Positions 1 through 9,527 of a stretch of DNA of 64,000 nt are shown here, piece by piece. Position 1 is the first letter of the stretch. Every line of letters starts with the position of its first letter. Location of the stretch: the NCBI GenBank assembly GCA_902526005.1, contig CABZIW010000004.1:32596-96595 (forward strand). Reading direction: 5' to 3'. Source of the stretch: an uncultured Pelagibacteraceae bacterium (lineage in GTDB: Bacteria; Pseudomonadota; Alphaproteobacteria; Pelagibacterales; AG-422-B15). The notes below the pieces were generated by a model. It saw only the letters and a program-made list of their open reading frames with translations, was not told the origin of the DNA and made no database searches. Both the position numbers and the translations under genes were made by a program.

Positions 1-79
1 CATTTACTGCCTTTTCTGAGTCAGATTTTTGCATACCTGTAACATCAGCTACTTTTGCTATTAAGTCTTGTTTGTTCAT
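1..79 (-). CDS. hup: DNA-binding protein HU, N-terminal fragment (gene continues left of the window)
   Basis: Reverse complement from 79 reads ATG AAC AAA CAA GAC TTA ATA GCA AAA GTA GCT GAT ... = MNKQDLIAKVADVTGMQKSDSEKAVN, a typical HU/IHF N-terminus. It sits downstream of lon, as in the conserved clpP-clpX-lon-hup arrangement. Confidence 0.75.
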   Translation of the reverse strand, partial: MNKQDLIAKVADVTGMQKSDSEKAVN

Positions 80-217
80 AACCCCCCCCTTTTTTAGGAG
101 TTTTTGATTCGTAATATAACTATGAGACCTGAACTACTATATATAGTCAAGAAAAAGCCCAAGAAAACTGCTAAAAATTAAAATTTAGGTATTTTTATTT
201 AAGAAAATATAATTAAA

Positions 218-2626
218 TCAGTGAGTTATAGGATTATCCACATCTTGATCAGCATCATCTTCAGATATATCGCTAGAAGACTTAGGTGAATCCTCTTCGT
301 CCCACTCAATAGGCAGGAGAGGCTTTGTCAAAGCTATTTTTAAGACCTCATCAACATTATCGACGAATATAAGTTCCAGTCCATCTTTTACATTATCTGG
401 TATATCAGCCATGTCTTTTTCATTTTCCTTTGGAATTATGACAGTTTTTGTTCCAGCTCTGAGAGCAGCTAATAGTTTTTCTTTTAAACCACCAATCCCA
501 AGTGCCTTTCCACGAAGTGTCACTTCACCTGTCATAGCAATATCTTTTCTAACCGGTATACCTGTCAACACTGAAACTATGGAAGTAACCATACCTAGGC
601 CAGCGGATGGGCCATCTTTTGGAATTGCACCTTCTGGTACATGAATATGAATATCACGTATCGGGAAAATAGTTGGTTTTATTCCAAACTCAATACATCT
701 TGAGCGAACATAGGATTTTGCGGCTTGAATAGACTCTTTCATCACATCACCTAATTTTCCAGTAATGGTCATGCGGCCTTTTCCAGGCATTATAACCGAC
801 TCTATTGGCAATATATCGCCACCAACTTCTGTCCAAGCAAGTCCTGTAACTATCCCAACCTGGTCGTCATTATCAATTTCGCCAAATTTAAATTTTCTAA
901 CACCTGCAAACTCATGTAGGTTATCTTCGTTTATTGTTAGTGATCCAATGTCACCTGCAACAATTTTTTTAACTGTTTTACGAGCGAGGTTAGCAAGTTC
1001 TCTTTCTAAACTCCTTACACCTGCTTCCCTAGTATAATATCTTATTAATCCAGTTATCGCACTATCATCCAGTATAAGCTCACCACTCTTTAAGCCATGC
1101 TTCTCTAACATCTGTGGTGCTAAATGTTGTTTTACAATTTCTACTTTTTCATCTTCTGTGTAGCCTGCAATTCTAATAATTTCCATTCTGTCTAAAAGTG
1201 CAGGAGGCATTCTTAATGTATTAGCAGTTGTAATAAACATTGTATCGGACAAGTCATAATCAACTTCTAGATAGTGATCGTTAAATGAATTATTTTGCTC
1301 TGGATCAAGCACCTCCAATAAAGCTGACGAAGGATCTCCTCTGTAATCAGCTCCTAACTTATCAATTTCATCTAATAGAAATAATGGATTAGATGATCCT
1401 GCTTTCTTCATCATCTGAAGAACCTTTCCAGGCAAAGATCCTATATAAGTTCTTCTGTGCCCCCTAATCTCAGCTTCATCTCTAACTCCTCCGAGTGACA
1501 TTCTAACAAATTTTCTTCCCGTAGCTCTTGCAATCGACTTACCCAATGAAGTTTTACCCACACCTGGAGCTCCAACTAAACATAAAATTGGACCTTTCAT
1601 TTTCTTTATTCTTTGCTGAACAGCCAAATATTCTAGTATTCTCTCTTTAACTTTTTCAAGACCATAATGATCTTCGTTAAGAACACTCTCTGCAAATTTG
1701 ATATCTTTTTTGACTTTTGTCTTTTTACCCCATGGTATTGTTAATATCCAATCTAAATAATTTCTTATAACACTGGATTCAGCGGACATTGGGCTCATTG
1801 ATTTCAACTTTTTAATTTCAGAGTAGCATTTTTCTTTTGCTTCTTTTGAAAGTTTAGTATTCTCGATTTTTTCCTCATACTCCTGAATATCGTCTTTACC
1901 GTCATCGCCTTCTCCAAGCTCCTTTTGGATGGCTTTCATTTGCTCATTTAGATAATATTCCCTTTGAGTTTTCTCCATTTGATTTTTTACACGACCTCTA
2001 ATCTTTTTTTCAACTTGCATAACATCGAGTTCTGCTTGAATAAAATTCATTATCTTTTCAAATCTCTCTGTAAGGTCGATTGCTTCCAATATCTCTTGTT
2101 TATCAGACAACTTAATTGATAAGTGTGATGCAATTGTGTCACTCAACTTAGCTAAATCATCAATTTCGTTTATTGTCCCAAGTACTTCAGGAGGAATTTT
2201 TTTATTTAAATTTACATATTTATCAAAAAGATCTGTTATTGATTTAGATAATGCTCTTAACTTTTTATCTGAGCTATCATTGTTCTCATCAATAAGATCA
2301 ATATTGGAAACAAGATAATCCTCATTATCAGTAAACATGTTAATCGAAGCTCTTTGAAGTCCCTCGACAAGTACTTTGACTGTACCGTCAGGTAATTTTA
2401 ATAACTGTAATACATTTGCGATTGTTCCAAAGTCAAAAAGGTCATCTTTTTTTGGGTCATCCACTGAAGCACTTTTTTGAGTGATGAGCATGATGCGTTT
2501 ATCACCAGCCATTACTTTTTCTAGCGCTTTAACCGACTTATCTCTACCTACAAACAATGGAACCACCATATGAGGAAAAACAACTATGTCTCTTAATGGC
2601 AAGACTGGAATGTTATTTTCAATCAT
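218..2626 (-). CDS. lon: ATP-dependent Lon protease
   Basis: 802 aa. LON N-domain start (PVLPLRDIVVFPHMVVPLFVGR), Walker A GAPGVGKTS, catalytic Ser motif PKDGPSAG, acidic C-terminal tail. Confidence 0.97.
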   Translation of the reverse strand: MIENNIPVLPLRDIVVFPHMVVPLFVGRDKSVKALEKVMAGDKRIMLITQKSASVDDPKKDDLFDFGTIANVLQLLKLPDGTVKVLVEGLQRASINMFTDNEDYLVSNIDLIDENNDSSDKKLRALSKSITDLFDKYVNLNKKIPPEVLGTINEIDDLAKLSDTIASHLSIKLSDKQEILEAIDLTERFEKIMNFIQAELDVMQVEKKIRGRVKNQMEKTQREYYLNEQMKAIQKELGEGDDGKDDIQEYEEKIENTKLSKEAKEKCYSEIKKLKSMSPMSAESSVIRNYLDWILTIPWGKKTKVKKDIKFAESVLNEDHYGLEKVKERILEYLAVQQRIKKMKGPILCLVGAPGVGKTSLGKSIARATGRKFVRMSLGGVRDEAEIRGHRRTYIGSLPGKVLQMMKKAGSSNPLFLLDEIDKLGADYRGDPSSALLEVLDPEQNNSFNDHYLEVDYDLSDTMFITTANTLRMPPALLDRMEIIRIAGYTEDEKVEIVKQHLAPQMLEKHGLKSGELILDDSAITGLIRYYTREAGVRSLERELANLARKTVKKIVAGDIGSLTINEDNLHEFAGVRKFKFGEIDNDDQVGIVTGLAWTEVGGDILPIESVIMPGKGRMTITGKLGDVMKESIQAAKSYVRSRCIEFGIKPTIFPIRDIHIHVPEGAIPKDGPSAGLGMVTSIVSVLTGIPVRKDIAMTGEVTLRGKALGIGGLKEKLLAALRAGTKTVIIPKENEKDMADIPDNVKDGLELIFVDNVDEVLKIALTKPLLPIEWDEEDSPKSSSDISEDDADQDVDNPITH

Positions 2627-2705
2627 ATTCGACTCGTTAATCCTTTTATCAATAAGATGATCAATACTAATACTAGTAAAGTTAATTATTTTTCTACTAC
2701 TCTTT

Positions 2706-2733
2706 AAATGTGTATAAATTCCTAATTTTCAAG
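2706..2733 (-). promoter_or_regulatory. Candidate sigma32 (RpoH)-type heat-shock promoter upstream of lon
   Basis: Minus-sense TCCTTGAA-N14-ACACATTT (CTTGAA at 2733..2728, CACATTT at 2712..2706), compared with the CCCTTGAA-N13-17-CCCCATNT consensus. It lies about 80 nt upstream of the lon ATG. Partial match only. Confidence 0.3.
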
Positions 2734-2751
2734 GAATAAAAGATTTGCGGG

Positions 2752-4020
2752 CTAAGCGCTTGTTTCTGAAGCTTTTTTGCCGTCTGTGTAAGTGTAGAGC
2801 GGACGAGCACGGCCCTCTGCGACTTCTGCGTTAATCACTACTTCTTCAACGCCTTCAAGGGATGGTAATTCAAACATAGTATCTAGCAAGATACTCTCTA
2901 GTATAGACCTAAGTCCTCTTGCACCTGTTTTTCTCTCAATTGCTTTTTTTGCGATAACGCTGAGAGCTTCATTTGAAAGTATTAGTTTAACATCTTCCAT
3001 GTTAAATAATGTTTGATATTGTTTAACCAGTGCATTCTTAGGCTCTTGAAGAATTTTTACTAGTGACTCTTCGTCTAAGTCTGTAAGAGTTGTGACAATA
3101 GGAAGTCTTCCAACAAACTCAGGTATCAGCCCATAACTCAATAAATCTTCAGGCTCCAAATGTTTTAAACTGTTCCCTCCAGATTTCTCTTCATAGCTTT
3201 TCACATTTGCTTGAAATCCAATACCTGACCCTTTTGATCTTTTATTAATTATTTTGTCTAACCCAGAAAAAGCCCCACCACATATAAATAAAATATTTGT
3301 CGTATCCACTTGTAAAAATTCTTGCTGTGGATGTTTTCTTCCACCTTGTGGTGGCACACTAGCAACAGTTCCTTCCATTATTTTAAGTAATGCTTGTTGT
3401 ACACCCTCACCTGAAACATCTCTTGTAATTGATGGGTTTTCAGATTTTCTGCTAACTTTGTCAATTTCATCAATATAAACTATGCCTCTCTGTGCCCTTT
3501 CAACATTATAGTCAGATGCCTGTAATAATTTTAAAATGATATTCTCAACATCTTCTCCAACATATCCAGCCTCAGTAAGAGTTGTGGCATCTGCCATTGT
3601 AAATGGTACATCTAAGATACGTGCTAGAGTTTGGGCCAATAAAGTTTTACCACAGCCAGTAGGTCCAATTAAGAGAATGTTTGATTTCGATAACTCTACA
3701 TCTGACTTGAAATTGGAATGCTCAATTCTTTTATAATGATTATGCACAGCTACAGACAAATTGTACTTGGCATCTTTTTGTCCTATTACGAAGTCATCTA
3801 AAGTTGCACAGATTTCTTTAGGAGTTGGAATTCTACTTGATGATTTTCCCTTAGTCTCCTTATTCTCTTCTTGAATAATATCGTTACATAACTCAACGCA
3901 CTCATCACATATGAATACAGTTGGCCCTGCGATCAACTTCTTTACTTCATGCTGACTCTTGCCGCAAAAAGAGCAATAGAGCGTGTTCTTGCTTTTAGTA
4001 TCGTTATTATTTTCACTCAT
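2752..4020 (-). CDS. clpX: ATP-dependent Clp protease ATP-binding subunit ClpX
   Basis: 422 aa. N-terminal zinc ribbon CSFCGK...CDEC, Walker A GPTGCGKT, typical ClpX C-terminus. Confidence 0.97.
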   Translation of the reverse strand: MSENNNDTKSKNTLYCSFCGKSQHEVKKLIAGPTVFICDECVELCNDIIQEENKETKGKSSSRIPTPKEICATLDDFVIGQKDAKYNLSVAVHNHYKRIEHSNFKSDVELSKSNILLIGPTGCGKTLLAQTLARILDVPFTMADATTLTEAGYVGEDVENIILKLLQASDYNVERAQRGIVYIDEIDKVSRKSENPSITRDVSGEGVQQALLKIMEGTVASVPPQGGRKHPQQEFLQVDTTNILFICGGAFSGLDKIINKRSKGSGIGFQANVKSYEEKSGGNSLKHLEPEDLLSYGLIPEFVGRLPIVTTLTDLDEESLVKILQEPKNALVKQYQTLFNMEDVKLILSNEALSVIAKKAIERKTGARGLRSILESILLDTMFELPSLEGVEEVVINAEVAEGRARPLYTYTDGKKASETSA

Positions 4021-4141
4021 AATTCAATTTTTTAACAATCTGCGAATCAATAATTATTAAGAAAAACATTTCTGTAGAAAAAAAACAATTAATTTTAAAA
4101 AAAAGTGTTTATAAACAGTGGATTAAATTGACTATTTGAGG

Positions 4142-4765
4142 CTATTTCTCAGTTTTTGGCTCAACTCTTTTTTCCTGAATGCTATCAATTATGCCAAATT
4201 TCTGAGCCTCTTCCGGTGACATAAAGTTATCTCTTTCAAGTGCCTCTTCGATTGCTTCAACGGGTTGGCCTGTATGTTTTGCGTATATTTTGTTTAAATT
4301 TGCTTTCATTGCCAAGACCTCTTTCGCATGAATTTCTATATCAGTTGCTTGACCTTGAAAGCCAGCAGATGGCTGGTGCACCATTATGCGGCTATTAGGT
4401 AAAGCATATCTTTTTCCTTTTTCACCTGCTGCAAGTAAGAATGAGCCCATTGAAGCAGCCTGTCCAAAACAAAGAGTTGAGACTGGAGACTGTATGAATT
4501 GCATTGTGTCGTAAATTGCCAATCCGTCACTTACAACTCCTCCTGGTGAATTTATATATAATGATATCTCTTTTTCGGGATTTTCAGATTCAAGAAACAA
4601 AAGTTGAGCTGAAACTAAAGAGGCCATGTGATCGTTAACTGGCCCAACTAAAAATATTATTCTTTCCTTTAATAATCTTGAATAAATATCAAAAGCACGT
4701 TCTCCTCTTCCCGTCTGTTCAACGACCATTGGAACCAATTGATCAAAAATTTTATTATCAATCAT
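4142..4765 (-). CDS. clpP: ATP-dependent Clp protease proteolytic subunit ClpP
   Basis: 207 aa. Catalytic Ser in GQAASMGS and His in MVHQP. Lies 2 nt downstream of tig. Confidence 0.97.
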   Translation of the reverse strand: MIDNKIFDQLVPMVVEQTGRGERAFDIYSRLLKERIIFLVGPVNDHMASLVSAQLLFLESENPEKEISLYINSPGGVVSDGLAIYDTMQFIQSPVSTLCFGQAASMGSFLLAAGEKGKRYALPNSRIMVHQPSAGFQGQATDIEIHAKEVLAMKANLNKIYAKHTGQPVEAIEEALERDNFMSPEEAQKFGIIDSIQEKRVEPKTEK

Positions 4766-4767
4766 TA

Positions 4768-6183
4768 TTATTTCTTAGTTTTTTTCTTAACTGTCTTTTT
4801 CTTTGCCGTTTTTTTCTTCACTTCAGTCTTTTCAACTGAATTGACGTTATTATACATTTTGATAAACGAATCAACATCAACATCTTTCTTTTTCAATTTA
4901 ACCTTCGAAAGTATAAAGTCTACAATTTTATTTTCATATAAAGGAGCTTGAAGTTGCATAGCTGCATCCTGATTATTTCTATAATAATCAATCACTTTTT
5001 GTTCTTGTCCTTTAAAATTGCTTGCATATTCAAAAAGGGCTTTATTCATTTCCTCTGGCGTCACCGAAATTTCATTTACTTTACCAACCTCTTGGAGAAT
5101 TAAGCCCAGTTCAATTCTATTTTTTGCATCTTCCTTAAATTTAGCCTCATTATCAGAAGTCAATTTTTTATCTTTGATTTCTTTTTGATGATCAATTGAT
5201 GATGGACTTTGTGAATTTAAATAATTTGCAGATAAGTTCTGAAATTCAACATTTATAAGATCTTCAGGTAACTCAAATTTGTGCGCTGACTGGAGCTTTT
5301 CAAAAAGTACTTTTTTATCAAGATTTTTTGTTAGATCTGAGTACTCACTTTGCATTTGATTTTCGACCTTACTTTTTAGATCCTTTAAATCAGTTGCACC
5401 CATTGATTTTGCCAATTCATCATCTACTTTTGACTCAACGGGTGAACTTATTTTTTTAATATTGCAATCAAACACAGCATCAGCATTTTGTAACTCTTTT
5501 GCTGAATAATCTGCAGGAAACTTGACGTTTATCTTTTTGCTGTCTCCACTCTTTAGACCCACAAGGCCATCTTCTAAATCCTTTATGTATCGTCCAGAGC
5601 CAATTACAATTGTTTGACTTTCTGCCTTACCTCCATCAAAATTCTTACCATCGATGGTTCCTTCATAATCTAATAAGACAGAGTCCTCTTTCTTAGCTTT
5701 ATAATCACTACCTTGCTCTTTATATGTTCTTTGAGATTTGGCAATTAAGTCTATTCGTTTATCAATTTCTTTTTTATCAAGCTTTACCGAAGTTGACTCG
5801 ATTTCGATTTTAGTAAAGTCGGCTAATTTTATTTCTGGAAAAACTTCAAACTCAATTTTAAACGTTTTATCAACATCTTTTTTTTCTTGTTCTTTATCTT
5901 TGTAATCAACCTTCGGTTGAGAAACGGGACGATGCTTTCCTTCTTGTAAGATTTTTGAAACGTTTTCATTTATTACAGCATTCAAAACTTCATTGTTAAT
6001 CGCATCACCATGTTTTTGCATAATTATATTATTTGGAACTTTACCTGGTCTAAAGCCATCAATTTTTACTGATTTTTTTACTTCCTCAATTTTTGACTCT
6101 AGCTTTGTGTTAAAATCTGCAGATGCAATAGTGAACTCATAAGCTCTTTTCAAACCTTTATTTAATACTTCTTTATAACTCAT
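4768..6183 (-). CDS. tig: Trigger factor (ribosome-associated chaperone/PPIase) with Lys-rich C-terminal tail
   Basis: 471 aa. The TF N-domain motif GFRPGKVP is present, with a central FKBP-like region. Position upstream of clpP-clpX is conserved. Confidence 0.93.
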   Translation of the reverse strand: MSYKEVLNKGLKRAYEFTIASADFNTKLESKIEEVKKSVKIDGFRPGKVPNNIIMQKHGDAINNEVLNAVINENVSKILQEGKHRPVSQPKVDYKDKEQEKKDVDKTFKIEFEVFPEIKLADFTKIEIESTSVKLDKKEIDKRIDLIAKSQRTYKEQGSDYKAKKEDSVLLDYEGTIDGKNFDGGKAESQTIVIGSGRYIKDLEDGLVGLKSGDSKKINVKFPADYSAKELQNADAVFDCNIKKISSPVESKVDDELAKSMGATDLKDLKSKVENQMQSEYSDLTKNLDKKVLFEKLQSAHKFELPEDLINVEFQNLSANYLNSQSPSSIDHQKEIKDKKLTSDNEAKFKEDAKNRIELGLILQEVGKVNEISVTPEEMNKALFEYASNFKGQEQKVIDYYRNNQDAAMQLQAPLYENKIVDFILSKVKLKKKDVDVDSFIKMYNNVNSVEKTEVKKKTAKKKTVKKKTKK

Positions 6184-6204
6184 ATTATCTTCTTACTAAC
6201 AAAT

Positions 6205-6289
6205 TGGTGCGGATAGAGGGACTCGAACCCCCATGAGTTGCCTCACTGGTACCTAAAACCAGCGTGTCTACCAATTCCACCATATCCGC
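6205..6289 (-). tRNA. tRNA-Leu (anticodon UAG), CCA encoded
   Basis: Reverse complement is GCGGATATGGTGGAATTGGTAGACACGCTGGTTTTAGGTACCAGTGAGGCAACTCATGGGGGTTCGAGTCCCTCTATCCGCACCA. Acceptor stem is 7 bp (GCGGATA/TATCCGC). Anticodon stem is CTGGT/ACCAG with loop TTTAGGT. It has a long variable arm and a GTTCGAGTC T-loop. Confidence 0.93.
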
Positions 6290-6375
6290 GATTAATAGAA
6301 AATGCAAAATAGACTATTTTTTAGATGTTTACAGTAAAATATTACAATTTGATGCTATAGTTTTGACCGTTAATT

Positions 6376-7317
6376 ATGAGAAAAAATATTGTATTTTTAG
6401 ATAGGTCCACTTTTCCTTCTAATATTATATTTCCAAAACTTGATTTTAATCACAAGTGGAAAAACCATAATTTTACAAAGGTGAAGGAGGTCAAAAAAAG
6501 GATTGAGAAAGCACATGTAGTTGTTACCAACAAAATTGAACTAAATAAAAATAATTTATCTAATGCGAACAATTTAGAACTAATTGCGATAACTGCAACG
6601 GGAACGAACATAATAGACTTAGAGTACTGCAGAAAACACAATATCTCTATATGCAATCTAAGAGACTATGCTTCTATATCGGTTGCTGAGCACGTTTTAA
6701 CTCTCATGCTTGCACTTTCTAAAAATATTAAAGGTCTTGAGAAAGATATAGACAAGAAACTTTGGCAAAAAAGAAAGGTGTTTGCATTACTTAGCAGAGA
6801 AATAAATGACTTACATGGCAAAACATTGGGCATAATTGGAAAAGGTTCAATCGGCATGAAAGTTGGCAGAATAGCGAAAGTATTTGGAATGAATATTAAT
6901 TATTTTTCGGTTAGAAATTATAAAAAAACACAATTTTTAAAATTCTTATCATCTCTTGATTATTTATCTATTCATTGTCCCTTGAATGAGAAAACAAAAG
7001 ACCTAATAACACTTAAAGAATTAAAAATAATGAAAAAAAATATGATCTTAATTAATACTGCCCGGGGTGGCATAGTTAATGAAAATGATCTTGCAAAAGC
7101 ATTAAAACAAAAAATCATTGCAGGATCTGGAGTTGATGTCACTACTAGTGAACCTCCAAAAAAGTCTCACCCTTATTATAGCATATTAAATGAAGCAAAT
7201 TTCATTTGGACACCCCATACCGCATGGGCATCAAATGAAACCTTGCAAGAAGCTATCAATCAATTAGTAAAAAATATAAATTCTTTTTATAAAGGCAAAA
7301 AAAGAAATATCGTTTAA
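6376..7317 (+). CDS. D-isomer-specific 2-hydroxyacid dehydrogenase (glycerate/hydroxypyruvate reductase-like)
   Basis: 313 aa. NAD-binding motif GIIGKGSIG, and a catalytic region with ARGGIVNE and TPHTAWAS (His). Confidence 0.85.
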   Translation: MRKNIVFLDRSTFPSNIIFPKLDFNHKWKNHNFTKVKEVKKRIEKAHVVVTNKIELNKNNLSNANNLELIAITATGTNIIDLEYCRKHNISICNLRDYASISVAEHVLTLMLALSKNIKGLEKDIDKKLWQKRKVFALLSREINDLHGKTLGIIGKGSIGMKVGRIAKVFGMNINYFSVRNYKKTQFLKFLSSLDYLSIHCPLNEKTKDLITLKELKIMKKNMILINTARGGIVNENDLAKALKQKIIAGSGVDVTTSEPPKKSHPYYSILNEANFIWTPHTAWASNETLQEAINQLVKNINSFYKGKKRNIV

Positions 7318-7448
7318 GCCTTTTTTATTCCAGCACACTTTTTTGAACAGTATATTACTCTGTCCCAATTCAATCTCCATTTTTTTCTCCAGTTGAAAGG
7401 GCGATTACAAACTGGGCATATTTTAGATGGCAAGTTTTCTTTTTTCAT
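7314..7448 (-). CDS. Small zinc-ribbon protein, DUF2256-like (44 aa; below the cutoff of the ORF track)
   Basis: Translated by hand: MKKENLPSKICPVCNRPFNWRKKWRLNWDRVIYCSKKCAGIKKG. The pattern CxxC...RPFxWRKKW...YCSxxC matches my memory of the DUF2256 family. ATG at 7448..7446, TAA at 7316..7314. Confidence 0.6.
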   Translation of the reverse strand: MKKENLPSKICPVCNRPFNWRKKWRLNWDRVIYCSKKCAGIKKA

Positions 7449-7467
7449 GATCTAATTATTAAATAAT

Positions 7468-7686
7468 ATGAAATTGTTTCAAGTCCATACAGGTTTTTAT
7501 GATCCTAATATTTCAGATGGCTTTTACGAAGGACATACTAATATCTTTGTCTGTGCGAAAGATGAAAAAGAAGCTCGAGAAAAAGTGAAAGATAAAGAAG
7601 AATATAAGAAATTTAAGATGCACATCGATGGTATACAGGAAATAACTATCGTGGATGACTATAAAGTTGAACTAAATAAAATTTAG
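7468..7686 (+). CDS. Hypothetical small protein, possibly a DUF1543-like domain
   Basis: 72 aa. The pattern KLFxVxxG...HTNIFV...HIDGIQEI resembles DUF1543 (LFMVxLG...HDxxF...HIDxW) from memory. No other support. Confidence 0.45.
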   Translation: MKLFQVHTGFYDPNISDGFYEGHTNIFVCAKDEKEAREKVKDKEEYKKFKMHIDGIQEITIVDDYKVELNKI

Positions 7687-9527
7687 GCCCTAGTGCACTT
7701 ACCGCTCATAAAGGTTCTGTAAATTTCATCCACTTCCTCGTCAGTAAGAGTTGTTCTATTAAACATTTTATCAATTATATTACACTTTTGATCAACAGAT
7801 ATGCTCTCACCTGATATTCCTTGAAGAATTGAATCAGCCGATAGAGTATTATTAAACATTGCAATGCCCTTATCGTTAGCAGAGTCAAATACGATAAACC
7901 TTTCGTTGTTATTTAATTTATTCCATGGTTTCCACTCGGTAGACATATCATATGGGGCGCTATTTGGATTCCCATCGTAAGCAAAATTTACCCAATATTG
8001 TCCGATTTTTGTGGAGAGTTCTAAATCAGTGGACCTATTATTTTCATTATACATTATATCATTTATCGCATCAGAGCTCTCGCCTAATAAACCATCTGAT
8101 TTAAAAATAAACGCTAACTCCATTCCATGTGCAGCACCTAGTAGATTGGGTAGATCAACACCTAAATAGACATTTTGTTCATCCCAATCAAATCGATAAG
8201 CATATACATTTGATTTTTTGTAATTTGATGTAAAGTCTGAAGGTAGGTCTACTGCCCCGTACTTCCATGACTCTGCCATGTATTTAGCATAGATATCATA
8301 ATACTTTGGATCTTTGGGTTTTACATATAAATCAAGATATTCTGAGATTGGACTTAAAAAAGATAACGGCCTATTTACATATTCATCGTTCATAAACATA
8401 AACAGCTTATCTTCATCTCGTGTCGAACCAAATATCATAGGTTTGTCATGCATATCACCATCTCTATAAGCTCCATAAATTCCCTTATTTGGAATTACTA
8501 CTCCATCTGGTATTACATTCGGGACATCAATTAATCCAGCTGCATCAGGTCTTGGCCTATAATATGATATAATATCTTTTGCATCTGCAGTTCTTAAAAG
8601 GTCGACAGAAAGCATCTGATTGCCCATGAAATTTGAAATCTCCTCATCAGATATTGATGTGTTCTTTGATTTGATTAAGTGTCTTAATAAACTTTTTGAT
8701 CCTGCTCTTTCATTATTTTCTGCAAAGTCTAAAGAGTCTGAACCAAGGTAACCGCTTTGAGAAATTCCTCTTTGAAACAAGTCTTCACTTAAAGGTGAAG
8801 TCATAAGTGAAATTACATTTCTAGCCCCAGCAGACTCACCGAAAATAGTAATATTATTTGGGTCGCCATTAAAATCTGAAATATTCTCATTTACCCACTC
8901 AAGTGATTTTATAATATCTAAAGTTCCAAAATTTGCACTTTGATCAAGTTCATTATCTGAGTCTTCATTTAAACCGCTATAAGCAAACCATCCAAAGGGA
9001 CCTAATCTATAGTTTGTTGTGACTAAAATTACTTCATGTTCCAATATGAAATCGCCCGAAGTATACAAGTTTGAAGCTGAATAACCCCACGTATTTCCAC
9101 CTCCGTGTATCCAAAACATGACTGGTAATTTCTTTTGACTGTTGTATGCCTTTTCTGAAAGATAAATGTTTAAATAAAGACAGTCCTCAGATCCAATTAT
9201 TGAACCTCCCTCAATACCGTCCATTGAGTCATAAAAATTACTAACTTGCATACATCGGTTAGGTAAGGCTTTAGCTTCAAATGTATCAGGCATCAGATCT
9301 AATTCTCTTGGGGCTTTCCATCTTAAGTCATCAACTGGAGGCTTTGCAAAAGGAATGCCGACAAAAGAAATAGTTTTTGAACCATCTTTTTCCTTTGCTA
9401 CAGATCCAATAAAGCTGGTGTTTTTGGACTCAAATTTATAAACCTGATCTTCTGCTAAACTTATATTCAAACTAAATGTAAGAAAAAAAATTAGAAGAGA
9501 TGATATTTTATTAACTTTCTGTAACAT
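7683..9527 (-). CDS. Secreted type-B carboxylesterase/lipase family protein
   Basis: 614 aa. N-terminal signal peptide (LLIFFLTFSLNISLAED), EDCLYLNIY motif, nucleophile elbow GESAGA, acidic residue in GSTRDED, His in GAAHGMELAFIF. Confidence 0.85.
   Translation of the reverse strand: MLQKVNKISSLLIFFLTFSLNISLAEDQVYKFESKNTSFIGSVAKEKDGSKTISFVGIPFAKPPVDDLRWKAPRELDLMPDTFEAKALPNRCMQVSNFYDSMDGIEGGSIIGSEDCLYLNIYLSEKAYNSQKKLPVMFWIHGGGNTWGYSASNLYTSGDFILEHEVILVTTNYRLGPFGWFAYSGLNEDSDNELDQSANFGTLDIIKSLEWVNENISDFNGDPNNITIFGESAGARNVISLMTSPLSEDLFQRGISQSGYLGSDSLDFAENNERAGSKSLLRHLIKSKNTSISDEEISNFMGNQMLSVDLLRTADAKDIISYYRPRPDAAGLIDVPNVIPDGVVIPNKGIYGAYRDGDMHDKPMIFGSTRDEDKLFMFMNDEYVNRPLSFLSPISEYLDLYVKPKDPKYYDIYAKYMAESWKYGAVDLPSDFTSNYKKSNVYAYRFDWDEQNVYLGVDLPNLLGAAHGMELAFIFKSDGLLGESSDAINDIMYNENNRSTDLELSTKIGQYWVNFAYDGNPNSAPYDMSTEWKPWNKLNNNERFIVFDSANDKGIAMFNNTLSADSILQGISGESISVDQKCNIIDKMFNRTTLTDEEVDEIYRTFMSGKCTRA

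Noticed and set aside
100-217. A 19-codon plus-strand ORF (MRPELLYIVKKKPKKTAKN) and a possible TTGACT -35 element in the lon-hup spacer.
   Set aside because: The ORF is on the opposite strand to both neighbours and has no ribosome-binding site. The -35-like hexamer has no acceptable -10 element at 16-18 nt.
4768-4840. Periodic DNA repeats (ttttttctt-type units) that could be mistaken for a repeat array.
   Set aside because: They are the coding strand complement of the KKKT lysine-rich tail of trigger factor. They are not spacer-repeat structured.
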